64,000 nt of DNA from an uncultured Nitrososphaeraceae archaeon (GTDB taxonomy: Archaea; Thermoproteota; Nitrososphaeria; Nitrososphaerales; Nitrososphaeraceae). The notes beneath the pieces were generated by a model. That model saw only the letters and a program-made list of their open reading frames with translations. It did not search any database and was not told the origin of the DNA. The stretch lies in NCBI GenBank assembly GCA_963729045.1, contig CAVSMN010000007.1:32001-96000 (forward strand), written 5' to 3'. Positions 29,868 to 39,245 of the stretch are shown here, piece by piece (within the stretch, counting starts at the first letter, position 1; each line of letters starts with the position of its first letter). The position numbers and the translations under genes were made by a program.

Positions 29868-31211
29868 ATGCAAACCTCATTGCAAGTTGAAGGGTTGATC
29901 AAGGAGTTCATGGATGTGAGAAATACGACCTTGGAATTATTTTCTCCTCTGGAAATTGAGGATGCAGTGATGCAGTCGAGTGATTTTGGAAGCCCGCCTA
30001 ATTGGCACATAGCACACGTGACATGGTTTTTTCACAAGATATTAGAGAAATATTCTAAAAGCTATAACAGCTATGATGACGATTTTAACCTCTCATATTT
30101 GAATTCTTATTATCAAAAATACGGGTCAATTCTCAAGAAAAGTGACAGAGGGAGATATCCAAGACCCACCGTAATGCAAACTATCAAGTACAGGAAGGAA
30201 ATTGAGAAACTATTTGTAGACTTTATAAAATTGAGAACCAATGACCCAAAAGACTATTCAGATGAATTAATATTAGACATCTATACGGCAATTAATCACG
30301 AAAGACAGCATCAGGAGCTGATGATTTATGATTTTCAATACTATTATAATCGATTTCCTGACGATTCTGACAACTATGTTCCAAGAAAGGTTAATACCCC
30401 TCTTGTCGTGGAACAAGTTCCAAAAGAAATGATACATATTGATGGCGGTTTATTTTTGCTTGGCTATAAAGGTAAAGAGTTTTGTTACGATAATGAGTTA
30501 CCAGAAAACCAAGTTTATTTGAATAAGTACAAGATTGATAATAAATTAGTTACAAACCAGGAATTCCTGGAATTTGTTGAAGCAGGCGGATATCAAAATT
30601 ACCGATATTGGTTAGCGGATGGCTGGGATATGGTATTGTCTGAAAATTGGAACTCACCGCTTTATTGGATGTTTAACAAAGACGATAAAAAATGGAAAAA
30701 AAAGGATTTTCGAGGTACTCAGGAAATTAGAATGGATGAACCAGTTGTAAATTTGAGCTATTATGAAGCTGATGCTTTTTGTAAATGGGCCAAAAAGAGG
30801 TTGCCAACTGAGGCCGAATGGGAAAAAGCTGCTTCATGGGATAGCAATTCTAATTCCAAAACAATTTATCCTTGGGGTAATACTCAAATGACTAATGAAA
30901 ACGCCAATCTTCTAGATTCTCATTTATGGCATCCTGTTGAAGCCGGTTGCTACCCAAAGGGCAAGAGTCACTACGGGTGCTATCAAATGATCGGCGATGT
31001 TTGGGAATGGACTTCGTCTGAATATGTGTTATATCCCGGTTTTCAATCCAGATTTGAGGAATATACTGACAAATGGGCAATTAATCAAAAGGTACTTCGT
31101 GGAGGGAGCTTTGCTACTCCAAAAGAGCAAATACGTAGTAGCTACAGAAACTATTTCAAACCTCATGATCGGATACTCTTTTCAGGTTTTAGATGTGCAG
31201 CTGACGCATAA
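29868..31211 (+). CDS. egtB: ergothioneine sulfoxide synthase (DinB + FGE-sulfatase domains)
   Basis: SPPNWHIAHVTWFF, HERQHQEL iron ligands, RLPTEAEWEKAA, GDVWEWT, FSGFRCA. Confidence 0.88.
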   Translation: MQTSLQVEGLIKEFMDVRNTTLELFSPLEIEDAVMQSSDFGSPPNWHIAHVTWFFHKILEKYSKSYNSYDDDFNLSYLNSYYQKYGSILKKSDRGRYPRPTVMQTIKYRKEIEKLFVDFIKLRTNDPKDYSDELILDIYTAINHERQHQELMIYDFQYYYNRFPDDSDNYVPRKVNTPLVVEQVPKEMIHIDGGLFLLGYKGKEFCYDNELPENQVYLNKYKIDNKLVTNQEFLEFVEAGGYQNYRYWLADGWDMVLSENWNSPLYWMFNKDDKKWKKKDFRGTQEIRMDEPVVNLSYYEADAFCKWAKKRLPTEAEWEKAASWDSNSNSKTIYPWGNTQMTNENANLLDSHLWHPVEAGCYPKGKSHYGCYQMIGDVWEWTSSEYVLYPGFQSRFEEYTDKWAINQKVLRGGSFATPKEQIRSSYRNYFKPHDRILFSGFRCAADA

Positions 31212-31241
31212 ATTTTCAATTGAGAAAATTGGGTCAGGTTG

Positions 31242-33027
31242 TCAATCTGAGATATTTAATTCTACTTTCTTTAAAATAGAAAAATCTTGGCCTTCTAATC
31301 CTATCATCAAGGAGTAGTTTCCTGGGGGAATATGTTGCGTTCCTCCCAGGGTGACATCTATCTTCCCTAGGTGAGTTGTTTCATTTTCTATTAATTCTTG
31401 GGAGTCAATTTCAATAATTTCAGGATTAAAAGAAACCTGCATACCCATTAAGTCTCCATTAGGTACAAATGTCCCTGAGATTATTGGCTTAAAGAAGATC
31501 GTGCCATTGTTGGTGAAAGCTTGCATGTGTTTCTGGAAGTCAAAACCTGGATCACTTTTGTTAACGGATATCTCTATACTTTCAATACTATTGTTACCAT
31601 TACGCAGGCTTATTACTTTAGGATTAACGGACAGAGATATGGGGATAACTTTATCTAAATTAATAAAACCTATCTTATTTTCCGATTGTTCTGTAAACCA
31701 GACACCTGATCCAATGCCCGACGAATCATTGGATGACTCTGTCGATACGTCAAATTGCAGTACGTTAGAATAGCCGCATTGATTGCTACTATTGATAGGA
31801 TCGCATACAGAATAATGAATATTTTGTGTTGGTATCCAATACTCAATCAATGTATCATTGTCTGGGACAAATCTCGCAATTTTGTTTCCGACATGTTCGT
31901 TAGTCCAAATCGAATTATCTTTGGTAGTCTTTATCCAATAGGGTAAGGTATTTTTGTATAGATTTACAGATTTGTTTGAGATGTCGTTATAATCAATTCC
32001 AACAATTCTAGATGAAAGTGGTGATGTTACAACATGTTCTATATTTAGACTTGTTAGGTTATTAGAGTTCCCTGGAGGAGATATTTTGTAAAAAGAGCTA
32101 GTAGCATGGTCTGTTATCCAGACTTTACCGTGCGAATCCACTGCTATACCAGTTGGAGATTTAATGTTCGTAGGTAATTCAAAGATATCAAATTTATTAT
32201 CTGTTATACTGTACCTGATTAAGACACCTTTTTTTTCAAACGCTAGAGCTGTTATCCAAATTTTTTTGTTTACTTTATCAATTGCCAACGATCCCAGCCC
32301 TACTTCGTAGTTTGGAATAGATTGAAATACATTCTTTAGCGGAATTGGTATTTCTTTGAGATCCTTCTGAGGTTCCATTTATCATCTTATCTATTTGACC
32401 ATGCCACAAAGAGAGAGATCTTATTCCTACAAAATACATGCTATTATTATTTTCAAATCCCATTGATATCGGATATGAGGTAGAAAAAAACTCTGAATGA
32501 AAAGGAATGGGGTAATTATAAAATTTCTTTTCTATTTTATCAAACTTCCATAACGAATTTAATTTTTCATCCGTGAACCAGAGGCTATTCAACGTATTAT
32601 CTAGTTTTATGTCCCAACTCCAAGAATTGCCCGCAGGAAGGTCTCTTGAGTACCAGAAAGGTATTCTGTAGGACTCAAATATCTGTTTAGACGGATCAAA
32701 TCCAAATAAGGTTCCATTCCTGGTGGAGATGAACCATACCTTGTTCTCTGCATTATCAAAAGTAATAGCTATGGGGATACTACATATCTCCGGTACCTTA
32801 AATTCTGTTACAAAATAATTGGAATTTGGTGCACTTTCCATTCCACAATTCCACTTTTCATATTCCAAAATTTGATTGGTCGTTTGTTGTTTCATTGTAG
32901 ACGCCAATACGTTCGGATAACCAATAATCAATGAAAAACCAAAAATTGACAATAGGATAATTGAAAGGATTACAACAACCATCTTTTTAAGCATAATATC
33001 GTACCCTATACTTGGGATCTGAGACAT
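31242..33027 (-). CDS. secreted/membrane Vgb-like (virginiamycin B lyase-like) beta-propeller protein (frameshift ~32360)
   Basis: N-terminal TM and repeated blades (VWF, LWFTD, IWIT, PTGIAVD..GKVWITD, IWTNEH, VWFTE). Confidence 0.75.
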
Positions 33028-33248
33028 AAGATTTCGTCATATATATTTTCTACAATGTTTATTAATTTGTTTGTGTATTCTGGAGTAATTTCTCAGTTCG
33101 GAATCATCTATATTTGCTAGGACTCTCGGGTAGCCAGGGGATAGTTTCAGCCATATAAACGGAGTTTGATATGCGATACTTGAGTCTATAATTATTTGAA
33201 ATATTCTTTAGTGAATTATTTGCCTGTCCAAAATATCTGGAGTTAGCA

Positions 33249-33260
33249 TAACTTATATTT
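33249..33260 (+). promoter_or_regulatory. TATA-like promoter of rps3ae
   Basis: TAAC-TTATATTT with the TATA 30 nt upstream of ATG 33283. Confidence 0.5.
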
Positions 33261-33282
33261 TGGATTCAAGGATTGCCTGCAT

Positions 33283-34095
33283 ATGGCAAAAGGTTCCAGA
33301 CGAGGGGGCAGGGTTCGTGATAAATGGAGAGATAAACAATGGATTATAGTAAATGCTCCGCCCGCATTTGACAGAGTCCCTCTAAATTATATCCCAATTT
33401 CCGATGTTAGTAATGCAAAAGGAAGGGTAATTGAAAATACATTATATGATGTGCTCAAACAAGATCCAACCCAACATCAAACCAAGATTTTTGTTCAGAT
33501 TGATAGGATTAATTCTGGAATGGCTTCAACAATATTTAAAGGACATGAATATGCAAAAGAGTTTCTGCGAAGCCTCATCCGACGAGGCAGCTCTATGATA
33601 AATTATGTTGACGAATACACAACAGCTGATGGTTATGTTTTTAGGGTGTCTGCTACAGCTTTTAGTCAGAGAAGAATAAATTCAGCAAAGAAACATGAAA
33701 TTAGACTTTCTATGGCTAAATTACTGGCTGAAAAGATTCCTATACTCTCTCTTGATGAGTTTGTAAAAGAAGTGACTATGGGAAAAATGAGTTCTGAAAT
33801 GATGGATGTTGCAAAGAAAATAGCCATTATCCGTCATGTGGGTGTAAAGAAAACTAAGCTTCTTTCCTCTCCTCTAGAGGTCAATGAGGATAAAACCGAT
33901 GCGGATGGGTCTAATACAGAAGCTAATTCTGAAGTTTCTACAGAAGCTAATTCTGAAGTTTCTACAGAAGCTAATTCTGAAGTTTCTACAGAAGCTAATT
34001 CTGAAGTTTCTACAGAAGCTAATTCTGAAGTTTCTACAGAAAAAGAGGTTGCAACTTCTTTCAAAGAAGAAATAGACAAAGAAGTAGGCACTTAG
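33283..34095 (+). CDS. rps3ae: 30S ribosomal protein S3Ae (eS1) with repetitive acidic C-terminal extension
   Basis: VRDKWRDKQW, GRVIE.TLYD, FKGHEYAKEFLRSLIRRGSS. Confidence 0.95.
   Translation: MAKGSRRGGRVRDKWRDKQWIIVNAPPAFDRVPLNYIPISDVSNAKGRVIENTLYDVLKQDPTQHQTKIFVQIDRINSGMASTIFKGHEYAKEFLRSLIRRGSSMINYVDEYTTADGYVFRVSATAFSQRRINSAKKHEIRLSMAKLLAEKIPILSLDEFVKEVTMGKMSSEMMDVAKKIAIIRHVGVKKTKLLSSPLEVNEDKTDADGSNTEANSEVSTEANSEVSTEANSEVSTEANSEVSTEANSEVSTEKEVATSFKEEIDKEVGT
33916..34041 (+). repeat. perfect 24-bp tandem repeat x5.25 (encodes TEANSEVS)
   Basis: ACAGAAGCTAATTCTGAAGTTTCT repeated five times head-to-tail, followed by ACAGAA. Confidence 0.97.
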
Positions 34096-34113
34096 TATTT
34101 CTTAATTTTTGAA

Positions 34114-34503
34114 TTGTTTTCATCCGTAGATATCTCTATTTTAGTTCATGCAACGGAGGATGAAAACAAAATATTGAATCATATTTTGGAAAATTTTAGA
34201 CTCTCTACCAATATGGTGACAATTGATTATGTAAAAACTGAAGGCCATTGGAAGAATCCAATAATGCGTTTAATCATATCAACATCATCCAATATAGATC
34301 GTCTCTATACGGACCTCTGCAATCAGTTAAGAATTAACTATGGATCTGAGGAACTTGATCAATATTTGAAAAACAACCTTGATGAAAAAGGCTCGGTATA
34401 TATTCGTCTAGATAAGCAAAAACTTTGTGCAAGGGCTCTTTTACTTTCTGATACAGATGCCGTTAGAATGATTTTCAAAAAGAAAGGAAAATTTGAAAAA
34501 TAG
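34114..34503 (+). CDS. putative exosome-associated RNA-binding protein (DUF54 type)
   Basis: VHATEDENK, EGHWKNPI, YIRLDKQ. Confidence 0.85.
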   Translation: MFSSVDISILVHATEDENKILNHILENFRLSTNMVTIDYVKTEGHWKNPIMRLIISTSSNIDRLYTDLCNQLRINYGSEELDQYLKNNLDEKGSVYIRLDKQKLCARALLLSDTDAVRMIFKKKGKFEK

Positions 34504-34514
34504 ACTGATTACTG

Positions 34515-35111
34515 TTGGCTAAAAATAGATATATTATAGACCTTTCAGTTGGTTTTTCTTTTCCCCAAGGGACAATATCGTTCATCAAAAAATTCTTTTC
34601 CCTAGATGTAATGGGAATTTATGACACCAGCTCATTGGCTATAGAAAAGGACTCTCTAGTGTTGAGGATAGAAAATACCAAACAAGGTATCACTACCATT
34701 AAAAAGAACTATATTTATCTTTATTATCAAGATTTCCTTGGAAATCTTGATAATACATATGGCAACACTGATATCTTGACAATAAATGATTTTTTTAATC
34801 CTAAGAATCTTTTGAGGAAATTATCAGGCAAGAATATTGGATTTGAATTTTTGGTCTCAAAACTAAGATACTTAGATACATCACAGGTAGGTAGATGGTT
34901 TTCATTTATGAAATATTTTTATAGTCTCTGTAAAAGATATGGACATCAATTTATACTATCCAGTGGTGCAAAGAATATCTATGAGCTATTTTCTTCGCGA
35001 ATGATCAATTCTATTCTTGATAAATTGGAAGTTTCTTCTACCGAATATTGGTCTGACCTAAACCAATGGTTGCCGCGTAAAAAGAGGGGTATGATTTATG
35101 ACCCTCTCTAA
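34515..35111 (+). CDS. rnp3: RNase P protein Rpp30-like (divergent)
   Basis: IGFEF and ILSSGAKNIYEL motifs. Located immediately upstream of Pop5. Confidence 0.65.
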   Translation: MAKNRYIIDLSVGFSFPQGTISFIKKFFSLDVMGIYDTSSLAIEKDSLVLRIENTKQGITTIKKNYIYLYYQDFLGNLDNTYGNTDILTINDFFNPKNLLRKLSGKNIGFEFLVSKLRYLDTSQVGRWFSFMKYFYSLCKRYGHQFILSSGAKNIYELFSSRMINSILDKLEVSSTEYWSDLNQWLPRKKRGMIYDPL

Positions 35112-35463
35112 AAAAAAATATCGTTATATTGGTATTTATCTATCCAGTCGCTTATCTTTAAATAAATCTGCGATTCTAGAAGAAATTTCTGGAAGATATT
35201 TGGGATTATTTGGATCAATTGATTATAGTAAAGCCAACATCAGAATTATCAATATTAATAATATTCCTGATACAATTATCATATTAAAATGCCGATTGGA
35301 ATCTTTGACTAATACATTGATATCTCTGAGCCTTATTGATTTGGAATTGATGGTTATCTCTATATCAGGTACGCTAAAGCAACTCAAGAAAAAAATACTG
35401 GCATTCTTGGGTTATATTTCTGAGAATCAAAAAGATCTGACGTTTAACTTCAAAGATAGCTAA
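35098..35463 (+). CDS. rnp2: RNase P protein Pop5
   Basis: KKYRYI, LFGSI, IILKC, ISGTLKQLKKK. Confidence 0.8.
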   Translation: MTLSKKKYRYIGIYLSSRLSLNKSAILEEISGRYLGLFGSIDYSKANIRIININNIPDTIIILKCRLESLTNTLISLSLIDLELMVISISGTLKQLKKKILAFLGYISENQKDLTFNFKDS

Positions 35464-35506
35464 GTATAAAGATGTCAGTAAGCAACTATATACAATTCGA
35501 GACATA

Positions 35507-36616
35507 ATGTTCAAATTAACTTCAACGAAATCAACATCGGAAGAAAAAAAAGAACTGCTTAACGATGGTACCAAAGATACAAGGGATAGGGAAAAAACTA
35601 AGGCAGTAGCGTTATTATCGGGAGGTCTAGACAGCCACTTGGCAGTTAGGATGATGAAGGAACAAGGTATTGAGGTAGAGGCAGTTGCAATTAAGACGCC
35701 ATTCTGCGATTTTGATTGTGGGAAGGGGTGTGGACACAAGGTCCTAGAAGTTGCCTCTGAACTTGACATAAAGTTAAAAACTGTTTACTTAGGAAAGGAA
35801 TATCTCACCATGTTAAAGAATCCTAAACACGGATATGGTTCAGGGATGAATCCTTGCATCGACTGTAGGATGATGATGTACGATGAAGCTAAGAAACATA
35901 TGGACGAAATTGGAGCCGATTTTATCATTACCGGTGAAGTCCTACATCAGAGACCGATGAGTCAAAATTCAAACGCTCTGTCTATCATTGAAAAAGGCAC
36001 CGAAATGGAAGGGAAGGTACTTAGACCATTATCCGCACGATTGCTGCCATTAACAAATCCAGAAAATAATGGATTGATAAATCGTTCAATGCTCGGAGCC
36101 ATACGAGGACGTTCCAGAAAGGGCCAACTAGATTTAGCCGATAAATATGGAATAGCAAATCCGCCTAATTCTGCTGGTGGATGTCTTTTAACCGATCCTC
36201 AATTTTCAAAAAGAGTTAGGGATCTATTCAAATTTTCAGTTCAAGAGCCAAGTATCAATGATGTAGAACTCTTGAAAATAGGGAGGCACTTTAGATTGAA
36301 TTCCTTCTCAAAACTAATTGTAGGGCGCAACCATGCTGAGAATGAGATGATTAAATCCTTGTGCAATGATACCGATTATTTAGTACAGCCAATGACAGTC
36401 CCAGGTCCAACATCTATATTGAGGCTAAATGTTCGTCCAGATTTACGAAAGCATAAGAACCTATTAGAATTATCCATACAAATTACCTTGCGTTACTCTG
36501 ATACAGAGGCGGAATATAAATACGAAGTTTCAGTGGTTAATAGAAGACAGAAATTGGTTAGGAAAATTTCGTCCCTGCCATGTACAAAAAATATAATAGA
36601 AGATTACAGAATTTGA
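35507..36616 (+). CDS. PP-loop tRNA thiouridylase-like protein (ThiI/MnmA-related, DUF814-like C-terminus)
   Basis: ALLSGGLDS, PKHGYGSGMNPCIDCR, TGEVLHQRPMSQ, GRSRKGQ, AGGCLLTD, GRHFR. Confidence 0.8.
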   Translation: MFKLTSTKSTSEEKKELLNDGTKDTRDREKTKAVALLSGGLDSHLAVRMMKEQGIEVEAVAIKTPFCDFDCGKGCGHKVLEVASELDIKLKTVYLGKEYLTMLKNPKHGYGSGMNPCIDCRMMMYDEAKKHMDEIGADFIITGEVLHQRPMSQNSNALSIIEKGTEMEGKVLRPLSARLLPLTNPENNGLINRSMLGAIRGRSRKGQLDLADKYGIANPPNSAGGCLLTDPQFSKRVRDLFKFSVQEPSINDVELLKIGRHFRLNSFSKLIVGRNHAENEMIKSLCNDTDYLVQPMTVPGPTSILRLNVRPDLRKHKNLLELSIQITLRYSDTEAEYKYEVSVVNRRQKLVRKISSLPCTKNIIEDYRI

Positions 36617-36699
36617 ATATGCTGTTATATTTTGTCTTTAGTATCTTTCAATCTTCATATTAATCAAGCAGGTTATACACCAATTATATATCTGATAAT

Positions 36700-36987
36700 A
36701 TGCAAACAAAGAAAATTGGGGAAAGGCCTATCTATTTAAAGACTTTTACACTTCGTAATCCAAAGGATATTATTGAAATTAAAAAAGATATCGAAAAAAA
36801 TATGATAATTATTATCAGAATAACACCGTTGGCACAGAGAGATGTTGGAGAACTGAAAGTAGTTGTGGAAGATCTTTATAAATCCGTTACCATCTTAGGG
36901 GGAGATATTGCGAGATTGGGTGAAGAACGTATTATAATAACGCCTCCTGAAGTAAAAATATGGCAGAGCAATCAAGATACACCATAA
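36700..36987 (+). CDS. sepF: SepF-like protein
   Basis: IIIIRITPL...GGDIARLGEERIIITPPEVKIW. Confidence 0.8.
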   Translation: MQTKKIGERPIYLKTFTLRNPKDIIEIKKDIEKNMIIIIRITPLAQRDVGELKVVVEDLYKSVTILGGDIARLGEERIIITPPEVKIWQSNQDTP

Positions 36988-37012
36988 TCCAAATATCTAC
37001 GAGTTTGTTACA

Positions 37013-38917
37013 TTACAATAGTTTTATGGCTTCTTGATTTTGCAAGTACTGTGTTGAAATGTTATGGACTTTGCTAGAATAACCAGAAAAGTTTTGGACT
37101 TTGGATTTCTCACCGTGATTTACCAATATTTTTCTAAGCTTCGGTCTAAGTCTAGAAATATATGCATTTAGTTGATTAAAATCAGAATGCGAATTAAATG
37201 AGTACATTGTTTCAATAGCGCACTTTATCTCAAAGTCCTCGTCGTTTAACGAAAACCTTCTTTGCCCTTCTATAATCTCTTTCCCTAAAGTCATACCAGT
37301 TGGTTTATTTGTAAAAATTATTAGATTCCCAGGATCAGCTGAGACCTTTTTTAGGTAATCCTTGGAGTAGTTGCAATTTAACATTGAAGAAGGATAAATG
37401 ATGATGCCTGGATCCAATTCTTGCGTATTTATATCGGAAATTGATGTTATATTTCTTGAGCGGAAGGGATTATAATCATTTGAGATTATGGATTGTTGTA
37501 ACTCTCGATTTAAGAATTCCAAGTTGAATTCGTGTATAGAATTAATTTCGGTTATCAACTTATCAATATATAATTTGCATTTCATTATTTTTTTTTGTTT
37601 AATAAGCATATCCAACGTAATTAGTAATTCTTGAGACGTTCCAATTAACTGAGACGGCATCAAAACCAATTTTTGATTCCCGATCACCTTATTGATCTCT
37701 TCTATTAATCTTTCTTGCGCATCTTCTCGAGACAAATATGAGTCTTCTCTTCCACCATTGGTTCCTTCAATTAGGAGTGTTTCTACTCTGGGGAAATTCC
37801 ACACTGCATTTTCCAAATATGAACTTTTTCCAAATTTTATATCTCCAGTATAAACAAAATTGTGATCCCCATTTCCCAAATGGATATGAAACGACGATGA
37901 GCCAATAATATGTCCTGCATTGTAAAATGTGACTTTAATATCCGGGGCAACATCGGTAACGATATTATAATTAAGATGAATTAGATGCGAAAAAATCTTT
38001 TCAAATTCCTTGTCCGTATAATGTGAATCAGATCCGTAGCGTTTCACATATTCTCTATACAGGACATACATTAGGTATGAGGTGGGTTCTGTACAATAAA
38101 CAGGACCATCGTAACCGTACTTGAATAACATAGGTAAAAATCCAGTATGGTCAAAATGGGCATGTGTTAACAAAACAGCATCAATTCCAGAAAGCTTGAT
38201 TCCGGTAGAGTCAAATCGTGGAAACCTTGACAAAGGATCTTTAGTATATATGTTCATACCACAGTCCAACAAAACGTTACTTTCATTGGTGCTTAATATC
38301 ATTGACGATCTGCCAATTTCCGCAAATCCCCCCAAGGAGTTTAAATTTGCCTCAATATTCGGATCCAACTTTTCACGAAATATTTTTTCACCTATTCTCT
38401 TATAAAACTGAATGCGATAGTCTGAAGCATTCCTAATAATCTTGTTAATATTCTTGATTGCGACCATGCTTTTTGGGGCCTTTTTAAATGATATTTTCCA
38501 ACCTGATTCTAGGATGATATTATTTATGATCTTTTCATCCTTTATTATTTCAGATATTTTTCTTACAAATATGGTGGCTTCTCCCAATGCGGGATCAAAC
38601 AATATGTCCGTTATTCCTGATTCCTGAGGAATATGCTTTTCTGCTACCTTTTGAACTTCTCTCTCGTCAATTCTGATGGCTTCATCTATCCTCAATACAA
38701 TTCGTTTTTTTATTTGACCAACTATATTAGACAGAATTTTGTTATTCTCGAGCAAAAATTGAGGTTTGTTTGTGTGAAGTGCTATCCTAGGACCTTCATA
38801 TTCAATTTTGGTCAGAGAACATTCTTTAGGAAGATTCTGTAATATTGTTGCCATTACCGATTGACTATCTTGTAAGTTCTGGCTCGATTCAAAGGACCTC
38901 GAGTACATTTGAATCAC
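37013..38917 (-). CDS. KH-domain beta-CASP ribonuclease (aCPSF1/FttA homolog, divergent)
   Basis: EYEGPRIA KH start, LGGFAEIGRS, LLDCG, THAHFDH, NAGHIIGS, YTGD, HSD, VNHGE. Confidence 0.88.
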   Translation of the reverse strand: MIQMYSRSFESSQNLQDSQSVMATILQNLPKECSLTKIEYEGPRIALHTNKPQFLLENNKILSNIVGQIKKRIVLRIDEAIRIDEREVQKVAEKHIPQESGITDILFDPALGEATIFVRKISEIIKDEKIINNIILESGWKISFKKAPKSMVAIKNINKIIRNASDYRIQFYKRIGEKIFREKLDPNIEANLNSLGGFAEIGRSSMILSTNESNVLLDCGMNIYTKDPLSRFPRFDSTGIKLSGIDAVLLTHAHFDHTGFLPMLFKYGYDGPVYCTEPTSYLMYVLYREYVKRYGSDSHYTDKEFEKIFSHLIHLNYNIVTDVAPDIKVTFYNAGHIIGSSSFHIHLGNGDHNFVYTGDIKFGKSSYLENAVWNFPRVETLLIEGTNGGREDSYLSREDAQERLIEEINKVIGNQKLVLMPSQLIGTSQELLITLDMLIKQKKIMKCKLYIDKLITEINSIHEFNLEFLNRELQQSIISNDYNPFRSRNITSISDINTQELDPGIIIYPSSMLNCNYSKDYLKKVSADPGNLIIFTNKPTGMTLGKEIIEGQRRFSLNDEDFEIKCAIETMYSFNSHSDFNQLNAYISRLRPKLRKILVNHGEKSKVQNFSGYSSKVHNISTQYLQNQEAIKLL

Positions 38918-39047
38918 AGTTTTTGATTAAAATCAAATAGTAAAACAATTAACAAGGAACTTTTGAATATAAAAACCTATTTCTTTATTTTCCTATTGAT
39001 GTTTAACATATTTATAAGATGATTACCAATATCTATCAGTCCAAACT

Positions 39048-39245
39048 ATGGCAGATTATTTTGACAATTTGGTTTTTTCATCATCAATTATTATATTTGT
39101 TGTCGCTCTGATTTGTATATTTGCTTATGAGTTTATCTTTAGGAGTCAAGGCAATATTATTGAAAAATCTAGAATGATACAAAAAATAAATAAAAAGGGT
39201 TCTAAACTTAAACAAAACCAACAGCCTGATAGAGTTGAAAAGTAG
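39048..39245 (+). CDS. small single-TM hypothetical protein
   Basis: ATG start, one hydrophobic helix then a basic tail. TTTATAA ~37 nt upstream. Overlaps the lhr start. Confidence 0.5.
   Translation: MADYFDNLVFSSSIIIFVVALICIFAYEFIFRSQGNIIEKSRMIQKINKKGSKLKQNQQPDRVEK

Noticed and set aside
33916..34041. 24-bp repeats as a CRISPR array
   Set aside because: The units are contiguous with no spacers, in frame inside rps3ae, and no cas genes are present.
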